Of a stretch of DNA of 64,000 bases, positions 45,165 through 54,287 are shown in pieces. Origin of the DNA: a bacterium (GTDB taxonomy: Bacteria > Moduliflexota > Moduliflexia > Moduliflexales > JAUQPW01); NCBI GenBank assembly GCA_030550175.1, contig JAUQPW010000005.1:23873-87872 (forward strand). Reading direction: 5' to 3'. The position numbers and the translations under genes were made by a program. Numbering within the stretch: the stretch's first letter is position 1; every line of letters begins with the position of its first letter. The notes beneath the pieces are model-generated. The model did no database searches, was not told the origin of the DNA, and saw only the letters and a list, made by a program, of their open reading frames with translations.

Positions 45165-47513
45165 ATGAGATCTATTCCGCATCTAACGAAACGTTCAACC
45201 TTCCTTCTCGGATGTCTGGCCCTTCTATCCTTGGGGGGCTATGGATTAGACCGACACTTTGCGATTCCCCAGGGACTAAGGGGCAGCTATTATCCTAATC
45301 CAAACTGGCAGGGAGAACCTGTGTTGGTGGCCCTGGATTCAGAAATTTCTACTGATTTACTCAAAGTGTGCCGGAAAAGATTCCAGGAAAATCGATTCAG
45401 TGTCTTATGGACGGGATTTATGATCATCGAAAAGACCGGAGAGTATGCCTTTACCATCGCTTCGGACGATGGTTCTTCTCTGTATATAAATAACCAGCTC
45501 GTGGTGGACAATGGAGGTATCCACGGTTTAGAAACGGCTACCGGACATATCTATCTGGAAGCCGGAGTTTATCCAATTCAACTGAAATATTTTCAGGCCG
45601 GAGGTTCCTACGGGCTGGCCCTTTCCTGGGCTCAAGGGAATCAATCTTTACAACGTCTTCCTTCATCGATTTTGTCGCCCCAACCGGTGAATTATCGAAA
45701 TTACAAGCTTCGTCAAAAACTGCATGCCGTTGGGTTTCTTCTTAAACTGGTTTGGGCAGGAGTCTCAGGCTATCTGATCTTCTCTTCGGATCGATGGTTA
45801 AAGCTTTTTAAATCCCTGGGGATTAAAGTGAGAAGATTTTATTCCAGGGCCCATCCAGATTATCCCCCCTATTATCCCATCCCCTTACGTCAGGGACTCT
45901 TTGCCATGTTTTTTTTCCTGTTTTTGACGGTTTTTCATACCTGGCCTTTGGTGACAAATCCGGCCCGATGGTCCCGTAACAACAACCTGGATACCGTACA
46001 TATTACCTGGACCTTGTGTTGGATTGCCCATAGTCTAACCCGGGATCCCCTACACCTCTTCCATGCCAACATTTTTTATCCTGAACCCTACGCTCTGACT
46101 TTTTCCGATCCGTTTCTCGTTCCGGGTCTTCTGGCCGTACCCTTACGGGAGTTCGGAGCTTCCCCGGTTCTTACCTATAATGTGCTCTTGCTTTTAGGAT
46201 TTTTTCTGACGGCCCTGGCCATATATGTGCTGATGGTAAGGTTCACAGGAGATCCTCTGGCAGGTCTTTTGGGAGGCTCCCTCCTGGCCTTTAATGCCCA
46301 TACCTTAACCCGGTTACCGCATCTTCAAGCCCATTACGCTTTCTGGCTTCCGTGGGCTCTTTTGACCCTGGATCGGTTAATCCTCCACCGGCACCTGAAA
46401 GATGCCATCTGGTTAGGCTGCTTGGTAGCCCTTTTGGGCCTGACTTCGGGTTACCTGGGGGTCTTTGCTATTTTTGCTGTAGGTATCGGGCTGATGATAC
46501 GGATCGACGAATGGTGGGGAAGCCGTGCCGTTTCCGTTCTTTCTCGTATGGTTTTGGCCGGCCTGGTTACCGCTATGATCATCCTCCCCTTATTGGCACC
46601 CTACTGGGCCGTTCATCGGAGTCCAGAAATGATCCGCCCGCTCGATACCGTAATATCTGCTTCCTTAACCTCTTACCTGGCTGCCGTCGGAAGATTGCAT
46701 TATGCTATCTGGAGTCATCGTTTATCCTCCTTCCAGGAAACATTATTCCCGGGTATTCTTGCGCTAGGACTCTCGGTCATCAATCTAGTTAATGGACGAC
46801 GCATCCTGGGCAACGGACGGATCCGTATGTTCACGGGTATCGGAATAATGGGTTTTTTATTATCTTTTGGGCCTGCAACACCAGTTTATACCTGGCTTTA
46901 TCGACTCTTTCCACCTTTGTGGGGAATTCGCGCAACCTTCCGGTTCGGATATCTGTTCTTACTGGCCATAGCAGCCCTTGCGAGCTATGGCCTTATCCAG
47001 CTGAGACGGCGATTCGCCAGACGCCGCTGGATAACCCCCCTGGCCTTTGGACTTGTAATCGCGGTCAATGTAGAAGCCCTTCGCGCACCCATGAATTATG
47101 TTCCCTTTGAGGGAATTCCGGAAATTTATCAATACATTGCCCGGGATCCCGGACCTGCTGTAGTTGCCGAAATGCCTTTCTACCCCATCCCGCAGGCCGC
47201 CGATAACGCCCCTTATATGCTGGCTTCAACCCTGCACTGGAAACCCCTCGTCAACGGGTATAGTAGCTTCTTCCCCTCCTCCTACAGACGGTATTCTAAA
47301 ATACTCCCGGACTTCCCATCGGAAGCTGCCATTGAAGAACTACAACGGATAGGAGTCACCTATGTGGTGGTTCATCCGGCCCATTATTACGACCCCTCTA
47401 AGGCAGAAACAGTCCTTGCGACCCTGGCCCATCGACCTGAGTTCATACAGGTAGCTACAGGATCAGATGGAACCGTGCTTTACCGATTACAACAGCGTAG
47501 CAATCCTCGATAA
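45165..47513 (+). CDS. PA14 domain + multi-TM GT-C-like (YfhO-like) membrane protein
   Basis: N-terminal TM; PA14 (GL.G.YY.N.NW.GEP, ASDDGSSLYIN..LVVDNGG.H); DT..ITW.L.W..H.L, NIFYP; C-terminal HW.PLVNGYS. Confidence 0.75.
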   Translation: MRSIPHLTKRSTFLLGCLALLSLGGYGLDRHFAIPQGLRGSYYPNPNWQGEPVLVALDSEISTDLLKVCRKRFQENRFSVLWTGFMIIEKTGEYAFTIASDDGSSLYINNQLVVDNGGIHGLETATGHIYLEAGVYPIQLKYFQAGGSYGLALSWAQGNQSLQRLPSSILSPQPVNYRNYKLRQKLHAVGFLLKLVWAGVSGYLIFSSDRWLKLFKSLGIKVRRFYSRAHPDYPPYYPIPLRQGLFAMFFFLFLTVFHTWPLVTNPARWSRNNNLDTVHITWTLCWIAHSLTRDPLHLFHANIFYPEPYALTFSDPFLVPGLLAVPLREFGASPVLTYNVLLLLGFFLTALAIYVLMVRFTGDPLAGLLGGSLLAFNAHTLTRLPHLQAHYAFWLPWALLTLDRLILHRHLKDAIWLGCLVALLGLTSGYLGVFAIFAVGIGLMIRIDEWWGSRAVSVLSRMVLAGLVTAMIILPLLAPYWAVHRSPEMIRPLDTVISASLTSYLAAVGRLHYAIWSHRLSSFQETLFPGILALGLSVINLVNGRRILGNGRIRMFTGIGIMGFLLSFGPATPVYTWLYRLFPPLWGIRATFRFGYLFLLAIAALASYGLIQLRRRFARRRWITPLAFGLVIAVNVEALRAPMNYVPFEGIPEIYQYIARDPGPAVVAEMPFYPIPQAADNAPYMLASTLHWKPLVNGYSSFFPSSYRRYSKILPDFPSEAAIEELQRIGVTYVVVHPAHYYDPSKAETVLATLAHRPEFIQVATGSDGTVLYRLQQRSNPR

Positions 47514-47516
47514 AAC

Positions 47517-48800
47517 TTAGGGTTTTATTTTCTCTGCAAAAATCCGGTCATAGAGAGCCTCTGCCAGGATTTTATGCCCGATAACATTGGGGTGGCAGGT
47601 ATCGCTGGTGACATACCACAGGCGCCTGTTCCTGAGGGATTCCTCCCCGAATAAATCCTTATAGTACTGAACAAGCTCCGGATAGCGCTTTCCTTCCCGA
47701 ACTTCAGGAATACTTTGGATCAACACATGCATGCCGTCTATCAGTGGAACATTCTTGCTTTGAGCAACCTTTCGCATAATATCCAGATAACTCTTTGGGC
47801 AGCAAAGTCCCAGGAGAACCGTTTCAATACCTTTTTCCCTTCCTGTATCGATCAGGTATTCTAAATTTTTTTGGTATTCTGGAAAGGTCACAAAGGGTTC
47901 CACAGGACCCTTTGGGTTTTGGCTATGCAGGGCATCAAAGGGATTATAAAAGGAAAGAAGGATTTTCCGCATCAACTTATACGTGGAGAAGTTTCTTAAA
48001 AATCCCTGCAGATCTTCCATCCAGGGATTAAACTTCAAAAACTTCTTGGCCCTTTGAGGCACAGGCTTTCCGTCATTGGCCCCAAAGCTGAGAATCATCA
48101 TATCGGGAGAATATTTTAAGGCATAGTGTCGAAAAGCAGCCACCCCATGATCCGTGGTATACCCCGGTATTCCCAGGTTAATAATCTCATATCGGGTGGA
48201 ATTCTGAACAGAATTCAGCTTATCCTCTAGAAATTTTGAAAACCTCTCGTCTTGGTTGACTCCCCACCCGAACGTGCTGGAATCTCCCAGAAGAACAATT
48301 CGATAGACATTTTTCTCCTTGTGGATGGAAATCTCTTCGGTTCGAAATCCCTCGGAGTTAGATTTCATAAACACTTTAATCCCCTTTTCCAGTTCTATCC
48401 GATTTACCGTGTTGGTAACATAAGCAGAAACCCGGGGCTTCATCTTATAGTGGACATAGGGGGCTTCTTCAAAATAGTTCAGCCAGTCTGCAGACTCCAC
48501 GGAAAGGGTATTATCCATAATTTGTCTGTAAATTCCTTCCGCGGCAAAAAAATTGATATCGTTGGAGGCCCAGACGGGTACCTCAATCTGAAAATTCTTA
48601 CTTTTAACCACGTCGGTATTGATTCCTGAAAATCTGATAAGGGCTTCCAGCAGGGCGAAAAAGATGAGGGGAATTCCCATAGTTAAAAAAACCCTCTCTC
48701 CCGTTTTTCTCCAAAGATTTCTTTTCCTCATAAAACTTATTTTACCGATCCCCCTATCCGATATCCGGGTTTTAGATAAGATTTCATTTTCTGTTGACAT
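47517..48800 (-). CDS. Membrane-anchored SGNH/GDSL hydrolase-fold protein
   Basis: Block I LGDSSTFG, block II NLGIPG, block III FGAND, block V DTCHPN; N-terminal TM. Confidence 0.88.
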   Translation of the reverse strand: MSTENEILSKTRISDRGIGKISFMRKRNLWRKTGERVFLTMGIPLIFFALLEALIRFSGINTDVVKSKNFQIEVPVWASNDINFFAAEGIYRQIMDNTLSVESADWLNYFEEAPYVHYKMKPRVSAYVTNTVNRIELEKGIKVFMKSNSEGFRTEEISIHKEKNVYRIVLLGDSSTFGWGVNQDERFSKFLEDKLNSVQNSTRYEIINLGIPGYTTDHGVAAFRHYALKYSPDMMILSFGANDGKPVPQRAKKFLKFNPWMEDLQGFLRNFSTYKLMRKILLSFYNPFDALHSQNPKGPVEPFVTFPEYQKNLEYLIDTGREKGIETVLLGLCCPKSYLDIMRKVAQSKNVPLIDGMHVLIQSIPEVREGKRYPELVQYYKDLFGEESLRNRRLWYVTSDTCHPNVIGHKILAEALYDRIFAEKIKP

Positions 48801-49073
48801 CCGGATTTCTTTCGATAATATCTTTGATGCTATAGATGCTATTAGAATAAAGCGAACTTACTAGAATGAGCAACCGGATTATATCCTAAAAAAGCAGGAA
48901 ATGACCTCCTCAGAGAGTTTTTTTTACTTAAAATGTGTAATTCTTGTTTGAGGGAATTCCAGGGTTTACGTACCTTACCGTTTTATCAATTCCCTTTCTT
49001 TTTTAAATTTAGCGGATTTAACTTCAGCCGGACCTGGCAGGAAAAGTCTCTGTGGCTCATTACCGGATGATAA

Positions 49074-51140
49074 ATGTCGAAACCGATGACCATTTTTCCT
49101 CCTTCCATAAGGTCAGGGAAACTAAAGATTTTCCTTCTAGGATGCTTGATCATTCTATCCTTGGGGGCTTATGGACTGAATCGATATTTTCGAATTCCCC
49201 ATGGACTGGAGGGAAAGTACTACGCTAACCTGAATTGGGAAGGAGAACCCGAGTTTGTAACCCTTGACCAGGAAATTTCGCAAGACTTACTTAGAGAACA
49301 CCAGGCGAGATTTCCGGGAAATCAATTCAGTATCGAGTGGAGAGGGTTTATAGCCATCCAGGAGACCGGAGAATATAGTTTTGCAACCCAGTCCGATGAC
49401 GGTTCTTCACTTTATATAAACGATCGGCTTGTTGTAGATAACGGAGGGGTTCATGGGTTAAAAATGGCCAGAGGGCAGATTTCTCTGAAGGCAAAAATTT
49501 ATCCGATTCGAATCCGATATTTTCAAATCGGAGGGAATTATGGGTTGGTCCTTTTATGGGCCCGAGGAGACCAATCCCTGGAACCTCTTCCTTCCTCCCT
49601 CCTGTTACCCCCTTCGGTCCGTTCCCGAGATTATATCTTCAAACAGAGATTAGACTCTGCTATAAACCTTCTGGCATTGATCTGGTCAGGAGTCTTCCTG
49701 TATGTCCTCCATCTTACCCGACAAAAAATCTCGGCTTTAGGTATCATTATAGGGGTTGGAATAGCGGCCCGGTTTATTATGACCCTGAGTACTTACGGGA
49801 TTCTATGGCCGGATTCCATTATCTACTATAATACGGCCCGTGCCATCCTGAGCCAGTTCAGTCTTTCTCCCCATTCGATTTATCACACCCCCCTGTATCC
49901 GTTATTTTTGGCGCTGTTTTTATATTTCGGTGAAACTGCGAAAATAGGAACCCTCGTTATCATAGCCCAACGCATCTTAGGGATCCTGTCTATCATTTTC
50001 TTTTATAAAATCGCAAAAAAAATCTTTGATCCCACCGTCGCCTTTTACAGTAGCCTGCTCTTTAGCCTATATACCCTCCTGTTATATTATGAAACCGTCG
50101 TTCAAACCGAAGTACTGTTTATTTTTTTCTTAAGTTTATTGCTGTATGCCTCTTTAAAGATCCTGGAGGAAAATTCCTGGAAGGGATATCTTCTCCTGGG
50201 GATTTTATACGGTTTACTTGCTCTGACCCGACCCGTAGCCCAGTTTTTTATTTTAAGTCTGCCACTTGTCCTCTGGTTTAAAGCCGGGAAAGTTAAGAGA
50301 ATACTATTCCCGTCTGTTCTGGCTTTCGCCGCTTATCTTGCCGTTGTTTCTCCCTGGATGTTCATCAATCATAAGACCTATGGGTTTTGGGGTCTCAGCA
50401 GAGGTCAGGGCCTGGGGCTTTTTTACAGGGTATTGGATCTGGATGGCTTGAGGCCTGTAGAGAATACGCGTTACCCCCTCATAAAACAAATCTACGAGGA
50501 AGAACGTTTACGAAAAGAGGTGGTTTATTACCAGGTAAAAAATCGGTTAACTTTCAAACTCGGATACTCGGAACTTGAGGCCGATAAGGTTCTGTTTTCC
50601 TTTGCGTTAGAAACCCTCCGGGTACATCCTTACCAATTTATCATCAATACCTTCAAGCGATTCTATGAAATGCTTACAGTTCCGGAGTACAGCGTCCATA
50701 TCTGCTCGGTCAACCTTATCCCCAATTTATGTTGCAAATGGACGAGGGGATTCTCTGTGGGTGCTTTTCCCAATACCCCTACCGATCATTTCCCCTCTAT
50801 AAAGTGGGGCCTCCATTATTTTTTTACAAAAGGGACTATGAGGATGAAGGTAGTTTTGATATTTTGTTTACTGGGAATTATTTTTTATTTTTCTCATAGG
50901 CGGGATTCCAGAGCCTATGCAATTCTGTTGTTGATGACCATAGGTTACTTTACCCTGATACCCTCGATTTTTAATAGTCCAGAAGACAGATATCGGCTTC
51001 CCATCGATGCACTTTTATTTATGTTTGCCGTTGAAGGCATCTATGGGCTGATCCGGTATCTGCAAGGACTTAAAACCTTTTTAAATATTTGGGTCGGAGA
51101 TAAATCCAAGGCCCTTCTAAGGGGTTATTACTCGGGATGA
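49074..51140 (+). CDS. PA14 domain + ArnT/PMT-family (GT39/GT83-like) glycosyltransferase
   Basis: PA14 (QSDDGSSLYINDRLVVDNGGVH); PDSIIYY, HTPLYPLFLA, TEVLF, LTRP; many TM segments; DRYRLP. Confidence 0.82.
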   Translation: MSKPMTIFPPSIRSGKLKIFLLGCLIILSLGAYGLNRYFRIPHGLEGKYYANLNWEGEPEFVTLDQEISQDLLREHQARFPGNQFSIEWRGFIAIQETGEYSFATQSDDGSSLYINDRLVVDNGGVHGLKMARGQISLKAKIYPIRIRYFQIGGNYGLVLLWARGDQSLEPLPSSLLLPPSVRSRDYIFKQRLDSAINLLALIWSGVFLYVLHLTRQKISALGIIIGVGIAARFIMTLSTYGILWPDSIIYYNTARAILSQFSLSPHSIYHTPLYPLFLALFLYFGETAKIGTLVIIAQRILGILSIIFFYKIAKKIFDPTVAFYSSLLFSLYTLLLYYETVVQTEVLFIFFLSLLLYASLKILEENSWKGYLLLGILYGLLALTRPVAQFFILSLPLVLWFKAGKVKRILFPSVLAFAAYLAVVSPWMFINHKTYGFWGLSRGQGLGLFYRVLDLDGLRPVENTRYPLIKQIYEEERLRKEVVYYQVKNRLTFKLGYSELEADKVLFSFALETLRVHPYQFIINTFKRFYEMLTVPEYSVHICSVNLIPNLCCKWTRGFSVGAFPNTPTDHFPSIKWGLHYFFTKGTMRMKVVLIFCLLGIIFYFSHRRDSRAYAILLLMTIGYFTLIPSIFNSPEDRYRLPIDALLFMFAVEGIYGLIRYLQGLKTFLNIWVGDKSKALLRGYYSG

Positions 51141-51802
51141 AATTCATATTCATCATGAAAGGGATACTCCGACGAAGCCTTCCCCAGGTTTTACTTTTAT
51201 CAGGAAGTATAGGGTTCTCTCTTTATCAACCCGACCTGGTGATTGTAGGTTACGTTCTGAACGACCCGGAGACTGCAAAGGTGAAAGAGCCGTATATGAG
51301 AAAGGTCAGGAACCTCCTGGAGAGTGAATCTGACTTTTCTAAAAAACTGAAAGAAATCTCCCATCTTTATCGTTATCTTCACTTTCTCTATTACTGGGGA
51401 ATTGCCGGAGGGGATTTGTATTATAACGACTTTCTGGAATCTCTTTATTCGGAAAAGACCAATCCTTACCTATCCCACACCCAGCAGAATCTGGCTGAAA
51501 TAATTCAGCTTGTGAAGCAGCATAACGGTCGTGTGTTGATCGTTTTATTTCCGATTTTTAGCCTGGAACGCACAGAAGAAGAGCGGTTTACTAAAGCACG
51601 GAATATGCTTCAGGAAATCTGTGACCGGCACGGAGCGGTTTTCTTGAATAGGTATCCTGCTTTCCGGGAAGCCTTAAAAAAAGGAAAAGCAAAGCGGTAT
51701 TGGGTAAATCCTTTCGATTCCCATCCGAACAGGGAAGGTCACAGGATCTTTGCAGAAAAGATCTTTAAAACCCTTGTCACCGAGAAATGGGTAGATCTTT
51801 AA
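51137..51802 (+). pseudogene. SGNH paralogue with an in-frame internal deletion removing the catalytic Ser block
   Basis: Aligns with 57425-58447 on both sides of a ~112-aa gap (..LLLSGSI | G..LYQPDLVIVGYVLND..). It lacks GDS and block II but keeps ND and DSHPN. Confidence 0.75.
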
Positions 51803-51828
51803 AAAGTTGGGGTAAAGGAAGAAAATCT

Positions 51829-54219
51829 ATGCCTTTTAATGTCCAAAAAGTTTTTCTTCTTCTAAGAAACCGAGGACTTCTGGCCCTGGCCTTTTCCATG
51901 ACCCTGATTTTGTCTTTTTTCTGGTTCCTGCCCCCTCGGGGCTTAACGGTCTATTATTATAGCAATTCGGGATGGAGAGGAGAACCTGTCTTTTCTCAAC
52001 GTGAGGATCATATAAACTTGAATACAGTCCGGCAAAGGCATGAAACTTTTCCTCAAACCGGTTTCAGTATTCTCTGGACCGGATGGATCCGGATAGATCG
52101 GGAAGGAGAGTATACCTTTTTTACAAGATCCGATGATGGCTCTTTTATTTCTATTGATAATACCCTGGTGGTCAATAACGGAGGGGTTCATCCGCCCCAA
52201 GTAGCTTCTGGAAAAATCTCTTTAAATCGAGGAATTCATCGTATCGATGTTAAATATTTCCAAGAAAGAGGAGGCTATAAACTGCTGGTACACTGGACAG
52301 AGCCTGGGGGAAGAGAGACGGAAATTCCCCCGCATATTCTCTATGCTCGTCCCCCCTTTAAAGGAGTCGGGTTTCTACTCCGTCACTTAGGAGTTCTTTA
52401 TATCCTATCCTGGTTGTTTCTTCTCTGGATGATTACGGACAGGAAAGTCCTGGGGGAAAAAGGGCGCCTGGTTTTAGCCCTTGTGCCGATTTTGATTCTT
52501 CCCGTTTTCTGGTTCTGGCCTCCTCGAGGTTTAACAGCCAGTTATTATGATAACCCGGAATGGAGGGGAGAACCTGTCTTTTCCAGACGTGAAAAGTCCA
52601 TCAACCTGGAAAAAATTGATTCCCTGCAGGGGGTCTTCCCCTCCCGAAACTTCAGTATCCTCTGGGAGGGATGGATCGAAATAGATCGGGAGGGCGAATA
52701 TACCTTTTCCACCATATCCGATGATGGTTCTTTCCTTTACCTAGATGATAGCCCCGTTGTAGAGAATGGGGGGTATCACGTTGCCAGGAAGGCCTCAGGA
52801 AAAATCTTTCTAACCCGGGGGATGCATCGAATTAAAATCGGCTATTTTCAGGGTGGTGGAGAATATGAATTATTTGTACTCTGGACGGGAGAGGGAGGGG
52901 TAGAAACCCATCTTCCTTCGGATCTTCTCTATCCCCAGCCTCTGCCTGAAGGAATAGAATTTTTGGTCCGAAATTTAAAGGGTCTCTATGCCCTGGCCTG
53001 GTTGTGTTTTCTCGGGGTCGTGATACACAGGCAAGTCGTCAAGGAGAGGGAAAGGAAGGTTCAGGTTTTAAAAAGATATGTCCAGAACATTTCCCTTTCC
53101 CTGGCGGCGATTCTGGTTTTTGTCCTCGTAGCAGAAGGAACCATTCGGTTGATTTTATATCTCCAGGAAAATAGAAAAGACCTTCAACTACGCCTGAAGG
53201 AGTCCAAAGAAGCTGATTTTAATACGAATTCCCAGACCTATAACTTGAAAGGCATCGTCCAGGCCAGTCCCTACGAAGGGATCATTTACGAATTAAAGCC
53301 TCTGCTATCGGGTTACTTCATGCAAGCCCCCCTGGCTACCAACTCACGAGGATTGAGGGATTTCGAATATAGTGAGCAAAAGAAGGAAAATACTTTCAGA
53401 ATCGTGGGACTTGGAGATTCCTCCCTCTTCGGCTGGGGAGTAAAACTGGAGGATACCTCCCTGAAAGTCCTGGAGCGATACCTGAATCAAAATTCTTCTT
53501 CCCTTCGATATGAGGTCATTAACTTTTCCGTCCCGGGCTACAATACAGCTATGGAAGTGGAAGTTTTTATCCAAAAGTGCTTAAAATACTCACCGGATCT
53601 GGTCCTCATGAATTTCAATACCAATGATTATGATATTCCAAACTTCATGAAGCTCCCCGAAGATTACTCCCGGTTAAGAAAATCCTACCTGTTCGACTTT
53701 ATCTATTCCCGATATCAGATTTTACGAGGGAATCCAGAAAAAGAACTTCTCCCCTTTGTCTACGAAGGAAGAACCCTTTCCCGGGAGGAAGCAGACCATC
53801 TGGATGAGGATCCGGCTTTACCCGAAGAATATCGACCTATGGTTGGTACCAAAGGATATATAAGGGCCATGAACAAATTGGGAGAGGTGACCAGGGCTCA
53901 TAAAATTCCGGTGGTCCAGTTTGCCGTGATTTCTTATCCCGGTCTGCCGGAAGATCCCCTTTACCGGCCTAACTCTTTCAAGGAACTTCAATTAAACTTA
54001 ATTACCCGTCTAAGTCAAGAAAACGGCTTTTTCTTTCTGAATACCTATCCTTACTATGTCGATTATGCTAAAAAACACCTGGATGAACTTCCAGGTATCT
54101 TTTGGGTCTCTGGTCAAGATCATCATCCCAATGCCGTCGCTCATAAAATCGATGCCGAGGCCCTCTATCATTTTCTGATAGAAAATAAACTGGTTCCCCT
54201 GGATATTTCCGAAAAGTAA
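51829..54219 (+). CDS. Tandem PA14-PA14 + TM + SGNH hydrolase-fold protein
   Basis: Two PA14 copies (SDDGSF, VV.NGG.H) each preceded by FWF.PPRGLT; SGNH LGDSSLFG, NFSVPG, NTND, QDHHPN. Start moved to 51829. Confidence 0.85.
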   Translation: MPFNVQKVFLLLRNRGLLALAFSMTLILSFFWFLPPRGLTVYYYSNSGWRGEPVFSQREDHINLNTVRQRHETFPQTGFSILWTGWIRIDREGEYTFFTRSDDGSFISIDNTLVVNNGGVHPPQVASGKISLNRGIHRIDVKYFQERGGYKLLVHWTEPGGRETEIPPHILYARPPFKGVGFLLRHLGVLYILSWLFLLWMITDRKVLGEKGRLVLALVPILILPVFWFWPPRGLTASYYDNPEWRGEPVFSRREKSINLEKIDSLQGVFPSRNFSILWEGWIEIDREGEYTFSTISDDGSFLYLDDSPVVENGGYHVARKASGKIFLTRGMHRIKIGYFQGGGEYELFVLWTGEGGVETHLPSDLLYPQPLPEGIEFLVRNLKGLYALAWLCFLGVVIHRQVVKERERKVQVLKRYVQNISLSLAAILVFVLVAEGTIRLILYLQENRKDLQLRLKESKEADFNTNSQTYNLKGIVQASPYEGIIYELKPLLSGYFMQAPLATNSRGLRDFEYSEQKKENTFRIVGLGDSSLFGWGVKLEDTSLKVLERYLNQNSSSLRYEVINFSVPGYNTAMEVEVFIQKCLKYSPDLVLMNFNTNDYDIPNFMKLPEDYSRLRKSYLFDFIYSRYQILRGNPEKELLPFVYEGRTLSREEADHLDEDPALPEEYRPMVGTKGYIRAMNKLGEVTRAHKIPVVQFAVISYPGLPEDPLYRPNSFKELQLNLITRLSQENGFFFLNTYPYYVDYAKKHLDELPGIFWVSGQDHHPNAVAHKIDAEALYHFLIENKLVPLDISEK

Positions 54220-54287
54220 GGCAGGGAAACTCTAAAGCGAATAATTTTAACGGAAAATAGATGATTCCAAAAGGTAGAAAGGAAGAA

